Part shown: in pieces, positions 38,279-47,284 of the stretch
Layout: every line of letters begins with the position of its first letter
Numbering within the stretch: position 1 is the stretch's first letter
Assembly: GCA_041305945.1 (NCBI GenBank)
Contig: JBGLND010000001.1
Span: 3,216,218 to 3,280,217, forward strand
Source of the DNA: Promethearchaeota archaeon
GTDB taxonomy: Archaea; Asgardarchaeota; Lokiarchaeia; Sigyniarchaeales; Sigyniarchaeaceae
Direction: 5' to 3'
Length of the DNA stretch: 64,000 nt
The notes under the pieces: generated by a model
The model's input: only the letters and a program-made list of their open reading frames with translations
Database searches by the model: none
What the model was told of the DNA's origin: nothing
Made by a program: the position numbers and the translations under genes

Positions 38279-38941
38279 ATGGGATTCAAGGGCATGCTGG
38301 TGATGGACAGGTCGAGTGCTCCCATCTATTCCAAGTTTCTCGACCCGAACTTCAACATGGACCCGGCAATGATGGCGGGCTTGATGAGCGCCATCCAGAT
38401 GTTCGCGTCCGAGATCTCGACCGGGTCCATAAAGGAATTTGCCATGCAGAACATGAAGATCCTGTACCGGCAGATAGAAGGCTTCACGTTCCTCGGCCTC
38501 GTGGACAACGATAACAAGATAAAACACATTGACCTCATCCTTGAATACATCATCTGGGTGTTCTTGGCCAAGTATAAAGGCCAGCTCGCCATCCCGAACG
38601 CGATCCACGACCTGGAAGCATTCCGGTCGTTCGACGAGGTGTTCCTCCAATTCCAATCCGCGAAGGAGAAAGAATTGCAACGGTGCGTGGAAAACACGTC
38701 GACCGGATTGCTGCAATGCATGCTCAACAAGCTGGCAAACTTGTTTCCCGTGACCGAGCTGATCGGCGTGAGCGATGTGCTGAAAATAATCGGTAAAAAG
38801 CTGGTGTGGGTTGACATCAACATACCCGGTTCTGAAGAAGCGCGTATCATGACCCTGTTGAAGCAAAAAACCGATATGGTCTATGGCCCTGGCATGTTCG
38901 ATAGCATCAAGCAAGAAATCATCAAGAACGCCAAGAAATGA
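38279..38941 (+). CDS. Longin/roadblock-fold (sigma-adaptin/SNARE-like) domain protein with C-terminal extension
   Basis: N-terminal GMLVMDRSSAPIYSKF...MKILYRQIEGFTFLGLVDNDN...DLILEYIIWVFLAKYKG...IHDLEAFRSFDEVF follows the longin/AP-sigma pattern (Gk...kivYr.y..lyF....d.nel..le.ih.yve.LD.yf..vcELD.if.f). Confidence 0.5.
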   Translation: MGFKGMLVMDRSSAPIYSKFLDPNFNMDPAMMAGLMSAIQMFASEISTGSIKEFAMQNMKILYRQIEGFTFLGLVDNDNKIKHIDLILEYIIWVFLAKYKGQLAIPNAIHDLEAFRSFDEVFLQFQSAKEKELQRCVENTSTGLLQCMLNKLANLFPVTELIGVSDVLKIIGKKLVWVDINIPGSEEARIMTLLKQKTDMVYGPGMFDSIKQEIIKNAKK

Positions 38942-40635
38942 ACGGCAGGCCTGCCCCTTTGGCGCCTGCAATCATGGGGACAGGTCCCGGTCATCCTTCA
39001 GGACATTCCCGGTCGCCATCGTTGTGTTCGTTGAACCTTCGTTGAACCTCATTGGCAGAATTGCACCTTGGAACAAGGAGAATGAGTTGGAAAAAAGGGA
39101 AAAACGAGAAGGATTGGCAAGGCGGTTGCCGCTAAGCAACCACCAAGCCATTGCCCGTGCGCCGATGCATCATCCCCGTCGTGCAAGACCCGCCGTGCCA
39201 GGTTTCTGGACCGCTCGTGGCGCGGTACTGCCGGTTTTTTGCCGGCAGCCGGTGCTCCCGTAGCACCGGGGGGGACTCCGAACGCGCTGGCATGGTATCG
39301 GTCCAATGCAGGCGTTTCTGTCCCGCCGCGGGGTTTTTCACCCGCGGTTTCTTGCATATCGGGGTGGGGTTCGTGCATTGCTTGCTTTTCCCGCCACGCC
39401 CAAGAAACCACCGAAGATGCTTGCCGAATGTAGCATCCTGGATGCCGTGTTTTTGCGGCTGGTCACCCTTTTGAGGGGGCTTCCGTTTGCCATGGTTTCG
39501 GCCGGTTCTCCTTTTGAGGGGATTGCCGTTTCCCGTTCGACAGCATGTCGCCCTTTTTACGGGGTTTCTTGCCATTTCCTGGTTGGTTGCCCTTTTGAGG
39601 GGGTTTCCGTTTGCCGATTTCCACGGCCGGTTTCCCTTTTCAGGGAGTTCCCGGTTGCCGCGTTGCACGGCTGGTCGCCCTTTTGAGGGGGTTCCCGGTC
39701 AAGCCTTGGCGACTCCTGCCAGGTCCAGCGAGGCATTCATCACCGGCTTGTTCAACGCGTTGGCACGCGTGTTCTTGGGTGTGAGAGGGACGACCTGCTT
39801 TCCCGGTCCACCGCGAAAGATTTCCTCGCCACCAAGCCCGTGAATCTTGGCGATGATGCCACCTTTTTGAGGGGCGGCCACCCAGAGCCCCTTTCAGGGA
39901 TGGATGGAATGGACACCGGACTCCGCCGCGTTTCGGCGCGGCTTCGTTTCACGTCCAAGCCGGTCGTTGCCAACCGGCATCTTTCCTATTGGGAAGGGAA
40001 TACACGTTTCACGTTCACCACCAGCGAGCAGAACCGACACGCACGAGCACCGAAATGCTCGCCGTGCGCCGCGATTTCTCGCGGCCAAGCCCGTCCCGGG
40101 GGGCGGGCAGGCAGGGTCGCCAGCCATGCACCCGTCTCGGCGGGTGCCGGTTTCAACCCCGGTCGCGTGCACGCGACCTCCGCTCGTATTGGTGAAGGAA
40201 ACGCCACGTTTCTCATGCCCGTCGCGGAAGTTCCACCAGCAGCCGTTTTCCGGATGGTCCGGCTGCCGGCGCACCTGTTCGGTGCCATGCCACCATCGGG
40301 ATGGTGGCCGGGAGGGACTGCGAACAGCAACCGTTGCTAACGGCGTGTTTCCGTCCCGATCGCTTTTTGGCGATTACTCCTTATCGAGCCAGAGAGCCCG
40401 TCGAAACCCCAGACGCTGAGGACTTGGGGCATCGATGCTTGCCACCAGGGCAAGTTCTTCCCCCGCGATGTCTCGCGAGGTGCGGTCGATGGCGTCCACG
40501 ATGCCCGGGAGCATCACGGCCACCACCAACGTGCCGGAGCACGGAACTCCTATCTCGTGCCCACGCGGAGTGAGCATTCTATATTTCAACCCGACAATAT
40601 TTAAACCGGCATATTAACCCCCTAACATGGCAAGG
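38942..40635. other. GC-rich apparently non-coding tract built from short GC-stem/T-rich-loop hairpins
   Basis: No frame has protein-like composition, and short ORFs overlap on all six frames. Perfect hairpins include ctgccgg-tttttt-gccggcag, ccggtgct-cccg-tagcaccgg and ccgcggg-gttttt-cacccgcgg. The unit CCCTTTTGAGGGG recurs. Confidence 0.5.
39465..39720. repeat. Degenerate tandem repeat, ~6 copies of a ~43-bp unit (consensus about CCTTTTGAGGGGGTTTCCGTTTGCC + ~18 nt)
   Basis: Unit starts are near 39465, 39509, 39549, 39589, 39635 and 39678. Each unit begins with a CCC-TTTTGA-GGG mini-hairpin. The units diverge throughout and there are no unique spacers. Confidence 0.55.
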
Positions 40636-40962
40636 TTATGCCCCGAGCAGCTGGGCCAACGTGCGCCCCGTGAAGGGTCTGACGCCCGGCGTGCGCATCA
40701 CGAAGAAGCTGACATTCGGCACTTTAACAATCCCCATCGTCGAGGAAACGTGGCGCCAGACGCCCGTGTTCCACCCGACCTTCCACGAGTGGGTCCACGA
40801 CACGTTCAGCGGGCTGCCGGGGTACGATTTCTCCCCGCGCACGATGTCCATCTCGATCTCGTCGGTCTCAACCACGCCAAACATGATCCCAACGGACTCC
40901 TTGTACTTCTTCTCGAAAAAATCGAAAATTTTTTTCAAATCGTTTCCATCATCGAAGCTCAT
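40636..40962 (-). CDS. Small hypothetical protein (~108 aa)
   Basis: Starting at MSFDDGNDLKKIFDFFEKKYKE, the ORF has A/T-rich gene-like codon usage. There is no family call, and + ORF 40661..41209 covers the same region on the opposite strand. Confidence 0.3.
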   Translation of the reverse strand: MSFDDGNDLKKIFDFFEKKYKESVGIMFGVVETDEIEMDIVRGEKSYPGSPLNVSWTHSWKVGWNTGVWRHVSSTMGIVKVPNVSFFVMRTPGVRPFTGRTLAQLLGA

Positions 40963-41036
40963 GGAACATATGAACGAACTGGGAGTTAATCTACTTTGCG
41001 ACCCCCCGGGAACCTTCTTATGCATTCGCGTGGCAT

Positions 41037-42488
41037 ATGGAAATAATGAATTTCATCACCATCATTTCCGACACCCTACGGCGGGACTTCTTGAAACCGT
41101 ATGGCAACGATCGCGTGGATACGAGGAACATCCAGCGATTCGCGGAGAAATCAGTCGTCTTCGACAACGCGTATTCGGCAAGCTTCCCGACGGTTCCCAA
41201 CCGGCGTGATGTCTTCACGGGATGCTACACTGCGACGTACACGCCCTGGGCACCAATGACGATGTTCGAACCTGTCCTGCAGGTCATGCTCGGGCAGCAC
41301 GGCTACACGTCCATGATGATTACCGATCAACCCCACATCGTTGAAAATGGCTATTTCTTCGACCGGGGATTTGATGGCTGGGAATGGATACGCGGCCAAG
41401 AGCACGACCGGTGGAAGACTGCCCCCCGCGCCCCGCCCTTCAAGGAGGACCCCGCGCTGTATCGCAACCCGCCCGGCCTTCAAAAGATGCATATGCGCGT
41501 CCGGGCGCAGCGGAAGTACGAGAAGGACACGTTTCCCGGCCGCACGGCGACGTGCGCATGCGAGTGGCTCGAAGACAATTACAAGGAAAGTAAACCATTT
41601 TACCTTTACGTGGATTTCTTCGATCCGCACGAGCCGTGGGACCCGCCACAATACTTCGTTGACAAGTACGACCCGGGCTATGATGGCCGCTCGGTCGATT
41701 ACCCGCTCTATAACAAGACCGCCGGGTACCTCACCGAGCGAGAAGTCCAGCATTGCCGCGCTCTCTACGCGGGTGAGGTGACCCTCGTTGACAGGTGGGT
41801 AGGCCGCATCTTCGAGAAGGTGGAAGACCTGGGCTTGCTGGAGGATACCATGATCATCTTCACGACCGACCACGGGTTCTTGCTGGGGGAGCACGGGTTT
41901 ATCGGCAAGAGCTTCACGAATTACCAAGGGGAAGGAAAGACCGTCCTGAAGTACATCCCCTTGTTCGAGGAAATCAACCACATACCGCTGATCGTGTATC
42001 ATCCCGACGTGAAGCCAGGTCGCAGGAAGGCGGTCGTGCAGCCACCAGATTTCTTCCCGACGATCTTGGATGTTGCTGATAAATTCGTGATTCCTTCCCA
42101 CGGGACTTCATTCAAGGACGTGTTGCTCGGAAAAAAACCCGATCACCATCGTGATTTCGCGTTGAGCTTCCCGTTCTTGAAGATGAGCGGCATCCCGGTT
42201 TCGTTCGTGAAAGGGGATTGGTCTGCCGTGTTCATCTCGAAATCCATCGGCAAGGAACAAGCAGGAAAGCAAGTCATCGACAAGGCGGTCGACGGCCTCG
42301 AGAAAACGCTGGAACCGTGGGAAGAAGCGCGGGACATGCTGTTCAATCTCAAGGATGACCCGCGCCAGCTCAATGACGTCTCGAAAGACCGCCCCGATTT
42401 GATGGCCACGTTCAAGAAGGAAATGGTCGAATACCTGGATGAATTGGAAGCCGACCAGGATGTCTTGAACGGGTGGCGTGATGGGTGA
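41037..42488 (+). CDS. Sulfatase-like (alkaline-phosphatase superfamily) hydrolase with non-canonical active-site motif
   Basis: It has the sulfatase N-terminal domain (IISDTLRRDF, TDHGFLLGEHG). The formylglycine motif position reads FPTVPNRR, with Thr instead of Cys/Ser. Confidence 0.75.
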   Translation: MEIMNFITIISDTLRRDFLKPYGNDRVDTRNIQRFAEKSVVFDNAYSASFPTVPNRRDVFTGCYTATYTPWAPMTMFEPVLQVMLGQHGYTSMMITDQPHIVENGYFFDRGFDGWEWIRGQEHDRWKTAPRAPPFKEDPALYRNPPGLQKMHMRVRAQRKYEKDTFPGRTATCACEWLEDNYKESKPFYLYVDFFDPHEPWDPPQYFVDKYDPGYDGRSVDYPLYNKTAGYLTEREVQHCRALYAGEVTLVDRWVGRIFEKVEDLGLLEDTMIIFTTDHGFLLGEHGFIGKSFTNYQGEGKTVLKYIPLFEEINHIPLIVYHPDVKPGRRKAVVQPPDFFPTILDVADKFVIPSHGTSFKDVLLGKKPDHHRDFALSFPFLKMSGIPVSFVKGDWSAVFISKSIGKEQAGKQVIDKAVDGLEKTLEPWEEARDMLFNLKDDPRQLNDVSKDRPDLMATFKKEMVEYLDELEADQDVLNGWRDG

Positions 42489-42494
42489 AGTATC

Positions 42495-43913
42495 ATGACC
42501 ACGAGACCTAATATCCTCTTCTTATTTCCCGATCAACACCGGGGAGACTGGATGCCGTACCCGCCCGACGTGCTGGCCAAGTTTGGCATGGGCGAGCTAC
42601 CGCTACGCATGCCCGTGATCGAGGCGTTGATGGCGCGTGGCGTGACGTTTCACAATTGCGTGACCCCGGCGCCCTTGTGCGCGCCCGCGCGGTCATCGCT
42701 TGCCTCGGGATTGCGATATGAAAAAACCGGCGTCAAGGGCAACAATTTCAACCATCCCCTCGAGCTCAAGACCTTCTATTCGGTCTTGAAGGAGAATGGC
42801 TATACGGTCGGCGGGTGCGGGAAGTTCGACCTGCGAAAGCCGGAGCATGATTTCGCCGGGACCGGTTGGGTCCCGAAGCTCGCGCAGCTTGGCCTCACCG
42901 AGGGGTACACGATCGATAACGGCGGCAAGCACGATGCCATTCGCTGTGGCACGACATACGTCGATCCCGTCGACGGGAAAAGAAAACACCACCTGGATCC
43001 CGAGAAGCACCCGCCCGTGTGCCCGTACATGAAATATTTGAACGATAACGGGCTCATGATGATGCATATAAAGGACTTCGCGAAGCGGGGCAAGGTCTTC
43101 GGGATGCAGCTTAATAGCAGCCCCACCCCGTTGCCTGAAGAAGCGTATTGCGATAACTGGGTGACGCGAAACGCGGTGGACGTCGTAAAGCGTTTGCCCG
43201 CGGGGAAGCCATGGTTCTTGCAAGTCAACTTCGTGTGCCCGCATGAACCGTTCGATATAACGAGACGCATGAAGGATGCATGGAAAAACGTGAAATTTCC
43301 CGGGCCCAACCGCGGTTCAATGCTCACGGCGGCTGCCGAGAAAAAAGTCCGGCAAAATTACGCGGCCATGATCGAGAACATCGACCGGAACGCGGGGCTC
43401 ATCATCGACGAAATTTCCAAGCGGGGGGAACTAGAGAACACGATCATCGTGTATTCCAGCGACCACGGCGAGATGCTCGGCGATTTCAAGAAGTATGGCA
43501 AGTCCCGTCCAGAGCGCGCCTCCATCCGGGTGCCGCTCGTCATTGCCGGGCCCGGGATATCGAAAGGCGTCATCAGCGACGCGCTCGTCGAGTTGCAGGA
43601 CCTTGCTGCCACGTTCGTTGGCCTCGCCGGCCTGTCCATGCCGGAAGCCAAGGACTCGATATCGCTCGTGCCCGTCCTCGAAGGAAAAACGGACCGGCAC
43701 CGGGATCACGTCGTCTCGGCGCTGGCCAACATGGGATCTGCACTGGGCAATAAGAAGGTCGGCTGGCAAGTGGTGCTTGATGGCAAGTACAAGCTGGTTT
43801 CAACCACTTCTGGCGCGGAGCTCTTGTTCGACCTTGAAGCTGACCCGTGGGAAAACGAAGATATATCTGCAAACCACCCCGATATTGTTGGTGCGGCGAA
43901 AGATACACGCTAA
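42495..43913 (+). CDS. Sulfatase (arylsulfatase/choline-sulfatase type) with canonical CxPxR motif
   Basis: It has ILFLFPDQHRGD, CAPARSSLASG (C-x-P-x-R formylglycine motif) and SDHGEMLGD. Confidence 0.85.
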   Translation: MTTRPNILFLFPDQHRGDWMPYPPDVLAKFGMGELPLRMPVIEALMARGVTFHNCVTPAPLCAPARSSLASGLRYEKTGVKGNNFNHPLELKTFYSVLKENGYTVGGCGKFDLRKPEHDFAGTGWVPKLAQLGLTEGYTIDNGGKHDAIRCGTTYVDPVDGKRKHHLDPEKHPPVCPYMKYLNDNGLMMMHIKDFAKRGKVFGMQLNSSPTPLPEEAYCDNWVTRNAVDVVKRLPAGKPWFLQVNFVCPHEPFDITRRMKDAWKNVKFPGPNRGSMLTAAAEKKVRQNYAAMIENIDRNAGLIIDEISKRGELENTIIVYSSDHGEMLGDFKKYGKSRPERASIRVPLVIAGPGISKGVISDALVELQDLAATFVGLAGLSMPEAKDSISLVPVLEGKTDRHRDHVVSALANMGSALGNKKVGWQVVLDGKYKLVSTTSGAELLFDLEADPWENEDISANHPDIVGAAKDTR

Positions 43914-44152
43914 TTATTCAATGATATATGCCCTTGAAGGAATCATCACGTTGAGCTCGGGAAGCCGTGCCTACACGACAATGCCGCACGACAACGACGA
44001 GATCATTAACAACGTGCTCGTTGGCTTCGATAATTTCTGCAAGAGGCTCAAGGACAAGTAATTGGTTTTTTAGCGGAATGCTGCTTGGCAGCAATTTTTC
44101 TTGTTTTTTTCCAATTTTGTCGAGCTTTCCCCACGCCGGGAAAGAAATAAAT

Positions 44153-46069
44153 ATGCGAGAAAGCAACATCCTTCCTAATGACGTGATCATGACGAGCACC
44201 ACCGTGATTTTCGATACAAATTTCTTCGTGGGAATAATCGACAACGCGAGGAGCAACGACGCGATCTTTGATTTCGTTCGCATGCTCCGTGCATCGTTCG
44301 ATGAGAATGACATCGAAGCCATCATCCCGTTCCGCGTGGTGCACGAAATCGAGCAATTCCACAAGCCTCTTTCATCCTTCATCGAGGGAAAATTTCGCGT
44401 GTACAAGCCGATCGATATCAACAAGGATCAATTTTACTTGAACGTAAAATGGATGAATTTGGAACGACATCCCGATAACCGGTGGTTCAACGCGAGCGAG
44501 ATCACGGACTTGGAAATCATCACCGTTGCCAAGCACGTTACCGAGGAGCAGAAAGGACATTCTACCGGCATTAATGGCGATGCAGCATGGGTGGTGACCA
44601 ACGACGAAGGCATCCAGAAAGCAGCCAAGCACTTGCTCAAGAACGCTGTCAAGATCATCGAACCAGCGGCATTCCTCGGTTACATGACAGGGGTGACAAA
44701 CGATACCAACATCCGGACCGAATTCGAGCACATGTCGAAGCTAATATTCAAGCATTTCACCCGGTATCGTGAACGGTTTGGCCGGCCCCCCGTGAGCCAA
44801 CTGGACCAGTTCTTTTCGGGGATGTTGACGTCGATCAAGATGGCCAGGGAAGATGCCAAGGGATTCTTTGACGAGGAAGCAATCATCGCCTTGGACAAGC
44901 ACTTGATGCTCGGCTGCGAAATGGAGAGCCCGGAGATGACCATGTACAAGCCAGCCATGGTGATCATGCGCGAGATCATGAACGAGGATGACGGCAAGAT
45001 TGCCAATACGTTGCAAGAACACGTGAATCGGTTATCACTGGCCTTGGTCGAATTGAACGCGCGGTTAAAGGAACTAACGAATTACACGCGATTCTACAAT
45101 TACATCAGCCCCTACCTGGCAAGAGCATACATCATCTCGTTCAAGACGGCGTTCATGAACCACGACCTTGACAGGGCATTCACCATGATCGGCATCGCAA
45201 AGACCCTCGTCCAGCCACTCATCAACCGCCCGAGCATCAGCAGGCTGTATTTCAGCATCTTCATCTCGGAATGTGCAGCCCGGCTCGTGTCGGGGTATGA
45301 CGGGGGCATGTTAAGCCAGGGCGCGCTACAATTCTTGAAGCAAACCCTTGAAGAGAATATCATGCCGGCGCTTGTACCAGAAGAGCACGTTCGGCTGCTC
45401 TTGCTGGTGGACGCGTGCGCGAGAAATGACATCGAAGCAAGCGGCCAAGATGCCCCCCCGTTACCTTTTAGTGATGATGTTTTTTCGAAACTATCCATCT
45501 TGGCGGAGGATTTCGCCGACGAGATCACGCGGTTCGGCAACCTGACGCTTGCGTTGCGAATCTACGCCATGCTGCACGACAAGGCGGATGCAACCCCGGA
45601 GAAGGACCAGAAAATCCGTATTGAAGGAAAATTTTTTCTCACGTGCATGCTCCTGCAGGGTGATTCTTGCACGGGCTCGATGAGCCGGTTTCCCGGCGAT
45701 TGGGAACGCACGATGGATGCACTCGATGCATGTCACGTACACGGATCGTGGACCAGCATCGAGCACGTGCACGACGACTTCCAGCACAAGATAAAGATAT
45801 TGAATTATGATCGGGCCAGGAACGCGTTCACTTGCTGGGTGTACCCCCTTCGCTCAAGATTTCTCATCGACATCCCCGCGCCGTTGATAGGGGATAACAA
45901 GATCAACTTGAAAGAAATAAAGGTAAGGGCGGGCAGCATCAAGGTAACCGGGTTCGAGGAGGGCGACCGCAAGGTGTACCGTGCACGGGGAAAGATCGCG
46001 ATAGACAAGGATTGCGAGGTCGATGTATACACGTACCAAGCACGGTTTTTCACGTTGAACGTGTTGTAG
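44153..46069 (+). CDS. PIN-domain nuclease (N-terminal ~180 aa) fused to a ~450-aa alpha-helical domain of unknown function
   Basis: The four PIN acidic positions are VIFDTNFFVG, VVHEIEQF, ASEITDLEII and the diagnostic VVTNDEGIQ. The remainder is helical with no known motif. The ATG at 44153 was verified and the stop is TAG. Confidence 0.65.
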   Translation: MRESNILPNDVIMTSTTVIFDTNFFVGIIDNARSNDAIFDFVRMLRASFDENDIEAIIPFRVVHEIEQFHKPLSSFIEGKFRVYKPIDINKDQFYLNVKWMNLERHPDNRWFNASEITDLEIITVAKHVTEEQKGHSTGINGDAAWVVTNDEGIQKAAKHLLKNAVKIIEPAAFLGYMTGVTNDTNIRTEFEHMSKLIFKHFTRYRERFGRPPVSQLDQFFSGMLTSIKMAREDAKGFFDEEAIIALDKHLMLGCEMESPEMTMYKPAMVIMREIMNEDDGKIANTLQEHVNRLSLALVELNARLKELTNYTRFYNYISPYLARAYIISFKTAFMNHDLDRAFTMIGIAKTLVQPLINRPSISRLYFSIFISECAARLVSGYDGGMLSQGALQFLKQTLEENIMPALVPEEHVRLLLLVDACARNDIEASGQDAPPLPFSDDVFSKLSILAEDFADEITRFGNLTLALRIYAMLHDKADATPEKDQKIRIEGKFFLTCMLLQGDSCTGSMSRFPGDWERTMDALDACHVHGSWTSIEHVHDDFQHKIKILNYDRARNAFTCWVYPLRSRFLIDIPAPLIGDNKINLKEIKVRAGSIKVTGFEEGDRKVYRARGKIAIDKDCEVDVYTYQARFFTLNVL

Positions 46070-46096
46070 GTAAAGTAACGGGATGGATACAACATC

Positions 46097-46885
46097 ATGG
46101 AACAGTACAAGAGTGCCATGGCAAGCATCATCGCCACGATCTTGCGGGAATTGAAGGAGTCGCCCAAAGGACCTAACGAGGTTCCTGTCGACACTTTGCG
46201 GGAGGTATACACGCCCGACGAAGGCGAAAACGATCCATCCTTGGAGGAATTGCTGGAATACGTGAGTACCGGGACATCGGACAGCATCACGATGGTGAAA
46301 TCGGGAGGAAAGCACGTCGTCAAGGTCATGGACAAGGTATCGTTGTACCTCGCGTTGTACTCCCTCGATTACAGCATGGCGACCGCGGAATTGTTGCACT
46401 GGTCAGACTTCGAACGGCTGATAGCCCACGCGATGCAAGAGAACGGGCTGGTAACGAGGAACAACACGCGGTTCAAGGACGTCAAAGGTTCTAGGCACGA
46501 AATCGATGTCATTGCGGTTGACAAGCTCTCCAAGGAACACATCATCTTCCTGATCGATGCCAAGCACTGGGACTTTCGCACCGGCGGAAGCGTTGCGAGG
46601 GTCCTCGAAGCCGCAAACGAGCAATTCAACCGCGCGGTCATGCTCGGGGAGAGTCTCGATGCGCTCTCGGCCTTGCTCTTCCAGATGAAACTGGAATGGA
46701 CCAGGTGCGTGCTCGTGCCCATGGTCGTGACCTTGCACGCCCCGCCGGTGCAAGATTTTTTCATCCCGATCGTGAGCATCATGGAATTCAACAACTTCAT
46801 CCAGGAGTTCGCTGAAAACATGGACTTCTACAAGAAAAAGTACGTCGATAACATCCCCGTGCAAAAACGCGTTGATTCCCCGTGA
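46097..46885 (+). CDS. PD-(D/E)xK restriction-endonuclease-fold protein (Mrr-cat/Hjc-like core) with N-terminal extension
   Basis: FERLIAHAMQENGLVTRN...GSRHEIDVIAVDK...HIIFLIDAKHWD matches the E-x-D ... (I/L)D-x-K nuclease core. It is 28 bp downstream of the PIN gene on the same strand. Confidence 0.6.
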   Translation: MEQYKSAMASIIATILRELKESPKGPNEVPVDTLREVYTPDEGENDPSLEELLEYVSTGTSDSITMVKSGGKHVVKVMDKVSLYLALYSLDYSMATAELLHWSDFERLIAHAMQENGLVTRNNTRFKDVKGSRHEIDVIAVDKLSKEHIIFLIDAKHWDFRTGGSVARVLEAANEQFNRAVMLGESLDALSALLFQMKLEWTRCVLVPMVVTLHAPPVQDFFIPIVSIMEFNNFIQEFAENMDFYKKKYVDNIPVQKRVDSP

Positions 46886-46903
46886 GCAGCCGGCCATCGT
46901 TGG

Positions 46904-47227
46904 CTAAATGCTCCAATCAATGGGTGCCAAGCCCTTGGCCTCCAAGTTGATGCCGAACCTTGCCGCGTCATCGCCCTCGAGTGCATCGAGAACGCGATCT
47001 ATCGAAACCGTGAGCAATTGCTCGGGAGTCCCGTCCCCGAAGATTGCGGAGTACTTGAAATGCCCGATGCCCGGCATCTCGAACGAGCCCATGCCCACGG
47101 TGGAGATCAAGCCCAGCCCGCCTGCCCGTGCGACCGCGGCCGCGAGTTTCGTTGTATCGTACGGGCCCATGCCCGCCTGGATGATAGGGTACCGAGTTTT
47201 GAACATGTCGTTGAACAAGGTTCGCAT
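46904..47227 (-). pseudogene. Nitronate monooxygenase/enoyl-ACP-reductase-II family (NMO/FabK-like), N-terminal 107 aa only
   Basis: YPIIQAGMGPYDTTKLAAAVARAGGLGLIS is the family N-terminal signature. The ORF stops after 107 aa, and the TIM-barrel remainder is absent. Confidence 0.55.
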
Positions 47228-47247
47228 GGAAGATGTAAGGGATACAA

Positions 47248-47262
47248 ATTAAAAAAACAAGA
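47248..47262 (-). terminator. Oligo-T terminator for corA on the minus strand
   Basis: The reverse strand downstream of the corA stop reads ggccctcgccactcttgttttttt. A T7 run follows a GC-rich segment. Confidence 0.35.
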
Positions 47263-47284
47263 GTGGCGAGGGCCAAGACGAGGT

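Noticed and set aside
39465-39720. Possible CRISPR array, because of regularly spaced ~43-bp repeats containing a small hairpin.
   Set aside because: The whole unit, including the would-be spacers, repeats with degeneracy. There are no unique spacer sequences, the spacing is irregular (40-46 bp) and there are no cas genes nearby. It is better described as a degenerate tandem/hairpin repeat.
40300-40420. Possible structured RNA (SRP or RNase P-like) suggested by hairpins such as ccaccatcgggatggtgg and a ggtgaaggaaacg element.
   Set aside because: I could not align conserved SRP (GNAR/helix 8) or RNase P CR-I/CR-V motifs convincingly by eye. It is left as part of the generic hairpin-rich non-coding tract pending a covariance-model search.
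43967-44152. N-terminal 62-aa extension of the PIN-gene ORF (MPTRQCRTTTTRSL...).
   Set aside because: It is Ser/Thr/Cys/Arg-rich junk that overlaps the end of a separate short ORF. The AT-rich ATG at 44153 (MRESNILPNDV) is the plausible start.
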